DNA of 64,000 nucleotides from an uncultured virus (IMG/VR IMGVR_UViG_3300033994_001010) (Duplodnaviria; Heunggongvirae; Uroviricota; Caudoviricetes): IMG/VR virus record IMGVR_UViG_3300033994_001010; one strand, 5' to 3'. Shown piece by piece: positions 58,039 to 64,000 of this stretch (position 1 is its first letter; each line of letters starts with the position of its first letter). The notes under the pieces were generated by a model. It saw only the letters and a program-made list of their open reading frames with translations, ran no database searches and was not told where the DNA came from. The position numbers and the translations under genes were made by a program.

Positions 58039-58122
58039 GAGAGTGGCAGGTCAAAGAAGGAAACCCTGCCACCCTCAATCCCATACTTAGTCGAAATCTG
58101 GAGAAAGGGGGCCAGATTCGAC
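58039..58122 (+). other. Two tandem stem-loops with purine-rich loops upstream of the replication initiator
   Basis: gagagtggcagg/cctgccaccctc and gtcgaaatctgg/ccagattcgac. Confidence 0.6.
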
Positions 58123-58186
58123 ACGGAAACTAGATAGTAGTTACCCGTAAAGCAGATGTTAACACACAAGAAGGAGCAATTTAATC

Positions 58187-58702
58187 ATGGCAAAGTTCAA
58201 CGGAACCTTTATTCCTATACCAAGTTGGGTCATGGAATACATTGGAAACGACCCAATTGCTTTATGCGTATTGATAAACGCTATGAAGTACATGGACAAC
58301 GACACCCAGCAATTCACAACGTCTTACGACCACCTGGCTGAGAAGACTGGTTTGAACAGACGGACAATCCTACGTGCCATGAAGCGGATTGAGTCTTCTG
58401 GTGTACTGAGAAAGACTATCCGAAGAGCCAAGGGTGGAAACAACAAGACCAACTTGTACACCGTTGACTTCAACAACCCAAAGTCCAGGGAGGGTGTCTC
58501 CAGTGACACCCCCCATAGTGTCTCCAGTGTCACCCCCCTAGTGACTCCAGTGTCACCCTCGGAGGGTGTCTCCAGAGTCACCCAATCTATAGAGACTAAT
58601 CATTCTCTAGAAGTGACCAAAAAGGAAAAGAAAGAAATACCTACTTTCATGCTTCAAGACCCTAGGTGGATGCGTCAGATGAAAAACTTGGAGTCGGAAT
58701 GA
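58187..58702 (+). CDS. HTH replication initiator (lambda O-like organisation)
   Basis: SYDHLAEKTGLNRRTILRAMKRIE HTH, N.Y motif, internal iterons. Confidence 0.8.
   Translation: MAKFNGTFIPIPSWVMEYIGNDPIALCVLINAMKYMDNDTQQFTTSYDHLAEKTGLNRRTILRAMKRIESSGVLRKTIRRAKGGNNKTNLYTVDFNNPKSREGVSSDTPHSVSSVTPLVTPVSPSEGVSRVTQSIETNHSLEVTKKEKKEIPTFMLQDPRWMRQMKNLESE
58494..58583 (+). repeat. Four 18-bp iterons GTG(T/A)CTCCAG(T/A)G(T/A)CACCC (putative origin)
   Basis: Copies start at 58494, 58518, 58541 and 58566; followed by A-rich sequence. Confidence 0.8.
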
Positions 58703-59106
58703 AAAAGAAGCAAGATGACTGGGATGTTAAGGTGATCGGCGCTGACGAAGATAAGCCGAAAGTTGAACCGACCAAAAAGAAAAGCCTAAAAGATTTGGTT
58801 GCTTATCTCCATGATAGAACTTCTGGAATGTCCATGTCTTTAAATGCTCCTATCAATGGTCCAGCCATGATGAAGATATTTAGTTCAATGATTGCTGAGT
58901 CTGTAACGCATGAACAGATATATCAAATGATTGATTTGTTTGCTGATGACATTAAGCGTATTCCGTTAAAAGAACAAGAAACACCATGGAGAGCATTTGC
59001 TGCCAGACGTGGTGAGTTGTTTAAGCGTGTTCAGGGTAGTACAGTGCAGACCACTTCTGAACCTATGAAGTTTGATCCACGACTGGAGAAATACCTTGAG
59101 GATTGA
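58699..59106 (+). CDS. Hypothetical replication-module protein
   Basis: ATGA overlap; start moved to 58699. Confidence 0.65.
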   Translation: MKKKQDDWDVKVIGADEDKPKVEPTKKKSLKDLVAYLHDRTSGMSMSLNAPINGPAMMKIFSSMIAESVTHEQIYQMIDLFADDIKRIPLKEQETPWRAFAARRGELFKRVQGSTVQTTSEPMKFDPRLEKYLED

Positions 59107-59314
59107 AAAGAAGGCAATCAGTATCATGATTGATTACTTGGAATCTCTTCATGAGTACAACACGGCTTTACAATTTCGTGATTGGGAATCGGCTGATAAT
59201 TGGCTTATCCAATCTCAACTTGATTTGAGAACTATGAAAGATTTTGTTGCTGGATATATAAAAGAAAACAAAAAGGGATTTGAAAGGGTTTTGTTTGATG
59301 ATGATGAACACTGA
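59072..59314 (+). CDS. Hypothetical protein (start uncertain)
   Basis: Fills the gap in the operon. Confidence 0.5.
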   Translation: MIHDWRNTLRIEKKAISIMIDYLESLHEYNTALQFRDWESADNWLIQSQLDLRTMKDFVAGYIKENKKGFERVLFDDDEH

Positions 59315-59951
59315 GTGGCACGGTTCTCGGTACTGGCGTAACCGACAACCAAAAGAGCGTGTTGATAATGCCCACATACCTCGCCGTTACATTGAAAAGA
59401 CTTTAGATAACTACGATGAAGAAGTTGGTAGTTGGGGTGTTGTTAAAGCCATTCGTGGGTGGATGGGAAACTTTGAAGAGAACCGTTTGAATGGTGAGGG
59501 GTTGTACCTTTGTGGGTCAACAGGTACTGGTAAGACTCACCTTGCAGCAGGATTACTATCTGAGTTGTTAGAAAAGCACAAACTTGGTGGCTTTTTTATT
59601 ACTACTGAAAAGTTTGTTGAGGCATCTTACGATGAGATTCGCAACGATGGTGAACTTCCGATGGAGTACGGGGATGAGTACTTGCTCAAGTACTTGAACG
59701 CTGTCTATGACGTTGTTGTTATTGACGGTCTAGGTAGCGAGAAGAAAACTGAGTTTACAAAAGGCGCTCTTGTATCATTGTTTAACAGTCGGTACGAACA
59801 GAAGTTGATCACAATTGTTACATCTGAATACAGCATCACATCTTTATCTAAGATTTATGGCCCACGACTGTCATCAATACTTCAAGACTCAACGTTACAA
59901 ATACCATTTGAAGGAAAGGATTACCGGATCACTCAGTATGGAACGAAATGA
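59304..59951 (+). CDS. DnaC/IstB-like AAA+ helicase loader
   Basis: GLYLCGSTGTGKTHLA; VVVIDGLG; RY....TIVTS. Confidence 0.85.
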   Translation: MNTEWHGSRYWRNRQPKERVDNAHIPRRYIEKTLDNYDEEVGSWGVVKAIRGWMGNFEENRLNGEGLYLCGSTGTGKTHLAAGLLSELLEKHKLGGFFITTEKFVEASYDEIRNDGELPMEYGDEYLLKYLNAVYDVVVIDGLGSEKKTEFTKGALVSLFNSRYEQKLITIVTSEYSITSLSKIYGPRLSSILQDSTLQIPFEGKDYRITQYGTK

Positions 59952-60378
59952 TTTAGCACCGTTTTCACTAAAGTCACAAGCAACAATGTTTGAAGGTGTT
60001 CTTGCTTCTGAACCTGAAGGTATTGCAAAAATCAAAGCCGCATACTATTTGAGGAATGAAAAATGGGAACAGTACCTACGGCTGTGGGAACCAAATACTC
60101 TTCCAATTAAATCTTTAAGTGATTCAATTAATAGGTTGGGTATCGGTACAGAGGTGTATACACTGCTCCCTCCTCCAGTCGCTGAAGCGATAGAGAGATG
60201 GTTAATTAAGAAGGGGATTTCAACTAACGTGGTTTCATATCAAGACATCAAAGAACTTGTTTATGACCTCAGCATCAATCGTGGTGTCACACAGATTTTT
60301 GTTGCTGATCAAGAACATTACAAACTGATTGGGCTTAGGGCAACCGTGGTCTCCCCAAAGACTGCGTGGACATCCTAA
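59938..60378 (+). CDS. Hypothetical protein
   Basis: Start moved to 59938; TAATG overlap with the helicase gene. Confidence 0.6.
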   Translation: MERNDLAPFSLKSQATMFEGVLASEPEGIAKIKAAYYLRNEKWEQYLRLWEPNTLPIKSLSDSINRLGIGTEVYTLLPPPVAEAIERWLIKKGISTNVVSYQDIKELVYDLSINRGVTQIFVADQEHYKLIGLRATVVSPKTAWTS

Positions 60379-61643
60379 TGGCTAGTGCTGAACAACTCTT
60401 AATCAGTAAGGTCATTCAAGATCAAGACATTTCTTACCCTCTAAAGCACGGTGTTAAATCTGACCACTTCACCAAGGAGTGGGGTTCTATTTGGACATGG
60501 GTTATTACCTACTGGAGAAATCATGGTTCAGTTCCGACTGAACGTGCTCTTAGTATGGAGTTTGGTGACATCAAAGTAATTGATGCAAAGCCAGAACCAT
60601 TTAGTGCGTTAGTAGATGAGTTGTATTCAACGTATCGCCATAGGAATCTTGTTGAAGCAATGTCAGCAGCGATGCCTGCGATTAACGGTGGCGACACAAC
60701 GGAGGCTTTTAAGTTACTTGCAGCAGGTATTCAAAAGGCTGGTGCAGATGTTGCACGTCTTCGTGACGTTAACCTTATTGAAACATGGGAAGCACGTATT
60801 GAAAAATACGATGAACTTCGAAAGATGCCAAACTCGTTGCGTGGTATTCCTACTGGAATTCAAGGTCTTGATCGGATTACTTCAGGTCTTCGCCCTCAAC
60901 AATTAATTACCTTTGTTGGTGAAGCAAAGAAGGGTAAGTCATTGATGACATTGATGATGGCTAATGCTGCTCACCTTCACGGTAAGCGACCGTTGTTTGT
61001 TTCATTTGAAATGTCAGCCGAAGAACAAGCAGCACGTTACGATGCGATTGTTGCCAAGGTTCCGTACAGCAACATCTTGCGAGCAAACCTTTCTGACCAG
61101 GAGTTTGAAAAGGTTCGTAACACTCTACGTATGCGTAAGAACATGCACCCATTTGTTATTACTGAAGACACGTCATCACTTACTACTGTAAGTTCTCTTG
61201 CCGCAAAGTTACAGGAGTATAAGCCCGACATTCTTTTTGTTGACGGTGTTTACCTCATGGATGACGAGCAAGGGGAACAAAAGGGTTCTCCACAGGCGCT
61301 TACAAACATCACACGTGGTCTTAAGAGGCTTGCACAAACTGCTGACATTCCAATCGTTGGTACTACACAGGTGTTGTCTTGGAAACTTGGAAACAAGAAG
61401 TCACGCAAAGTAACTGTTGATTCAATTGGGTACACCTCATCATTCGCCCAAGACTCAGACCTTGTTCTTGCTGTTGAGTCTGATCCAGACATTGAGAACC
61501 AGGGAATCATTCGTGTAGTTATTGCACGTTCCGCCCCACAAGGAGAAATCCGAATTAACTGGGACTGGAACAACATGGACTTTACAGAGGTAGGAGAAGA
61601 CGATGACGACAATGACAACGACAATGACAACTGGTATTACTGA
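60378..61643 (+). CDS. dnaB: DnaB-like replicative helicase
   Basis: GIPTG...LD, GEAKKGKS, SFEMS, FVDGVYLM, QDSD. Confidence 0.9.
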   Translation: MASAEQLLISKVIQDQDISYPLKHGVKSDHFTKEWGSIWTWVITYWRNHGSVPTERALSMEFGDIKVIDAKPEPFSALVDELYSTYRHRNLVEAMSAAMPAINGGDTTEAFKLLAAGIQKAGADVARLRDVNLIETWEARIEKYDELRKMPNSLRGIPTGIQGLDRITSGLRPQQLITFVGEAKKGKSLMTLMMANAAHLHGKRPLFVSFEMSAEEQAARYDAIVAKVPYSNILRANLSDQEFEKVRNTLRMRKNMHPFVITEDTSSLTTVSSLAAKLQEYKPDILFVDGVYLMDDEQGEQKGSPQALTNITRGLKRLAQTADIPIVGTTQVLSWKLGNKKSRKVTVDSIGYTSSFAQDSDLVLAVESDPDIENQGIIRVVIARSAPQGEIRINWDWNNMDFTEVGEDDDDNDNDNDNWYY

Positions 61644-62535
61644 CGTTGCTGATGTCCTGACACGTCTAGGTGTCAAGGTTAAGCGAGTAGGTGAGAAAGA
61701 GATATCTGGTTGTTGCCCTGTGCATAAAGCACGTACGGGGAAAGAAGATAACTCACCATCATGGTCAATGAACGCTAGGACTGGTCTGTGGATTTGCTAC
61801 TCATGTGGGTCACGTGGAACCCTGTCTGGTCTTGTTTCAGAACTTACAGGTGAGCCAGACAGCATTATTGCTGTTCATACTTTCCTTATCAATTCTGGAA
61901 TGGAACGTTTAACTGCAACTCCTGTTGAGGAAAAGAAGCCAGAGGTTGATTGGCGAGTGTTTAGTTCATTTCCAGCACCTTCAGACCAATGGCTTTGGAC
62001 ACGTGGCATTGATCGTGCTTCTGCAAAGAAATATGGAATACGTTTTGACGAAAAGAAACAAGCGTGGATTTTGCCCATTGTTTCTTCCTTTGGGGAACTT
62101 CTTGGGTGGCAAGAGAAGCAACCACAGATGGTCCGTAACTACCCAATAGGAGTTAAGAAGTCTGAGACCCTATTTGGCCTTGACAAGATTCAACAAAAGA
62201 TTGTAATGCTTGTTGAGTCTCCACTTGATGTTGCTCGTATAGACACGGTACTTGATGGTGTGAGCGCTGTTGCATCCTTTGGTTCCCATGTGAGTAAAAC
62301 ACAGATGAGGCTTTTATCTGAACATGCAGATGGTTTGATTATTGCAATGGATAATGATGAGGCTGGGATCGAGTCTGCAAAACGTATTACAAAACAAATA
62401 CCATCGTTCAGGTATGGTGTAAAATATCTACACTACGCACACACGAACGCAAAAGACATCGGTGAAATGACACAAGACGAAATTATTACGGCAGTTAAGC
62501 AAGCATCAGTTTTCCAGTGGTGGCTGAATGTTTAA
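61624..62535 (+). CDS. DNA primase (CHC2 zinc finger plus Toprim)
   Basis: CPVH...CYSC; VESPLD; MDNDEAG; KDIG; start could also be 61603. Confidence 0.88.
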   Translation: MTTGITDVADVLTRLGVKVKRVGEKEISGCCPVHKARTGKEDNSPSWSMNARTGLWICYSCGSRGTLSGLVSELTGEPDSIIAVHTFLINSGMERLTATPVEEKKPEVDWRVFSSFPAPSDQWLWTRGIDRASAKKYGIRFDEKKQAWILPIVSSFGELLGWQEKQPQMVRNYPIGVKKSETLFGLDKIQQKIVMLVESPLDVARIDTVLDGVSAVASFGSHVSKTQMRLLSEHADGLIIAMDNDEAGIESAKRITKQIPSFRYGVKYLHYAHTNAKDIGEMTQDEIITAVKQASVFQWWLNV

Positions 62536-64000
62536 AGGAACCCTTTACCCTTTTCAAGAAGAAGCAACCGAGTTGATGGTTGACCGTGGTCAGATGTTAT
62601 TGGCTTTAGTTATGGGTGCTGGTAAAACAGTAACCACTATTGCAGCATTAGAAAAGTTGTTTGCTTCAGACGAAATTAAAAAGGTAATTGTTGTAGTTCC
62701 TTCTGCATTGAAATACCAATGGTCAAGAGAAATAAAAAAGTTTACTGATTCAACTGTTTCTGTTATTGATGGTTCAGCAGTTAATCGTAAGAAATTGTGG
62801 CGTGAATCTTTGAGTGTCAAGTATGTTGTTGTCAACCCTGAGTCCTTAGTTAATGACTTGGCACATTTTGAAAAGCACAAGTTTGATGCAATTGTTCTTG
62901 ACGAAGCAACAATGATTAAAACTCCAAGGGCTAAACGTTCCAGACTAATTAAACGGCTGGGTAAGAAATACCATTACAGGTTTGCATTGACTGGTCAACC
63001 TATTGAGAACAGGCCAGAGGAATTGTTTTCAATAATGGAATTTGTCGACCCAGCAGTCCTTGGAAAGTTTGAAGTATTTGATCGCACCTTCATTGTCCGT
63101 GATCATTTTGGTAAACCAAACAGGTACAGAAACCTTAAGTCTTTGCACGAGAGTATGAAAGAGGTAATGGTTCGTAAGACTCGTGAGGATATTCAAGATC
63201 AGTTACCTCAAGTAATTAACCACTTTATTCCAGTTCCTTTTGATTCGTCTGGCGCTGCTATCTATAAGAAACTTGCAAGTGACTTGCTTGCGTCAATACA
63301 AAAAGCAATTACTCAACACGGTCGCAGTTTTGATCTTTGGGCGCACTACTACGGTAGTAACTCAAACATGGAAGCACAAGGTGAGATCATGTCTAAGTTG
63401 ACCACGTTGCGTATGTTTTGTGACAATCCTGAGTTGGTAAAGATTTCTGCTGAAATGTATTTAGACGACCACAATGACCAGGGGAGCAAGCATGCTTCTC
63501 AAATAGTTGCTCAAGGGGTAATACCCGATAACTTTAATACCCCCAAGTTAGATGCTGTTCTTCAGTACATCGAGGATGTTTTAAACGAAGACCCAAAGAA
63601 TAAGGTTGTATTGTTTTCGTTTTTCAAAAACAACTTACGACTAATTCAAAACGCAACAAAGCATTTGACTACCAGCGTTTTGTTTATGGGTGGTATGGAT
63701 ATGATGAGCAGGGATAAAGCCAAGCAACAGTTTGCTACAGACCCCAACACCCGTCTATTTTTGTCATCGGATGCTGGTGGGTACGGGGTGGACTTACCAG
63801 TGGCTAACTACTTAATTTCCTATGACCTACCGTGGAGTGCTGGAAAACTTGACCAAAGAGAAGCCCGAATTATCAGGTTGTCATCTGAGTTTCCGCACGT
63901 TAACATAGTCTCATTCGTAATGAAGGGGAGTATTGAAGAGAGGCAATACGAAATGTTGCAAGAGAAAAGGAACATCAACAAAGCGTTTGTTGATGGTGGT
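62528..64000 (+). CDS. SNF2-family helicase (truncated by the window end; not in ORF track)
   Basis: MFKGTLYPFQ...MGAGKT, LDEAT, LTGQPIENRPEEL, GGYGVDL, YDLPW..QREARI.R. Confidence 0.88.
   Translation, partial: MFKGTLYPFQEEATELMVDRGQMLLALVMGAGKTVTTIAALEKLFASDEIKKVIVVVPSALKYQWSREIKKFTDSTVSVIDGSAVNRKKLWRESLSVKYVVVNPESLVNDLAHFEKHKFDAIVLDEATMIKTPRAKRSRLIKRLGKKYHYRFALTGQPIENRPEELFSIMEFVDPAVLGKFEVFDRTFIVRDHFGKPNRYRNLKSLHESMKEVMVRKTREDIQDQLPQVINHFIPVPFDSSGAAIYKKLASDLLASIQKAITQHGRSFDLWAHYYGSNSNMEAQGEIMSKLTTLRMFCDNPELVKISAEMYLDDHNDQGSKHASQIVAQGVIPDNFNTPKLDAVLQYIEDVLNEDPKNKVVLFSFFKNNLRLIQNATKHLTTSVLFMGGMDMMSRDKAKQQFATDPNTRLFLSSDAGGYGVDLPVANYLISYDLPWSAGKLDQREARIIRLSSEFPHVNIVSFVMKGSIEERQYEMLQEKRNINKAFVDGG

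Noticed and set aside
61601..61632. GACAATGACAAC microrepeat
   Set aside because: It encodes the acidic DnaB tail (DDDNDNDN); its only effect is an ambiguous primase start.
186..62880. Many antisense or alternate-frame ORFs in the ORF track (e.g. 290..613, 10809..11378, 34893..35414, 62590..62880)
   Set aside because: They overlap well-supported genes and lack RBSs or motifs; they are shadow ORFs.
1..64000. tRNA/rRNA genes, integrase, transposase, introns/inteins, stop-codon reassignment
   Set aside because: None recognised. Intergenic gaps are short, core genes are of ordinary length and they read through intact in the standard code.

Overview
A 64-kb stretch of a large contractile-tailed (myovirus-type) dsDNA phage genome, probably infecting a low-GC actinobacterium. 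The host call is inferred from about 17 leaderless TANNNT promoters, a peptidase M15 endolysin and the gene content. Layout: (1) 1-260, non-coding repeats; (2) 268-8800, a divergent array of small effector-like enzymes (GNAT, ADP-ribosyltransferase-like, papain-like, ParB-like), with a CrtR/desaturase-like gene in the middle; (3) 9064-22943, tail fibre/minor structural genes mixed with 2OG-Fe(II) oxygenases and a methyltransferase-like gene; (4) 22959-27904, a mucin-like membrane protein and a glycan-modification cluster; (5) 29252-57194, terminase, lysis genes, portal, scaffold, major capsid, neck, sheath, tube, chaperone (probable frameshift), tape measure and baseplate; (6) 58187-64000, an iteron-containing initiator, DnaC-like loader, DnaB, primase and a truncated SNF2 helicase. 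The most striking observation is a short peptide tag, M-[AP]-A-x-x-x-[LI]-x(2-3)-Q-[FL], shared by about 11 otherwise unrelated small proteins and found internally or C-terminally in several others. It may be a capsid-packaging or processing signal for injected effectors. All family calls come from motif recognition by eye; no database searches were run.
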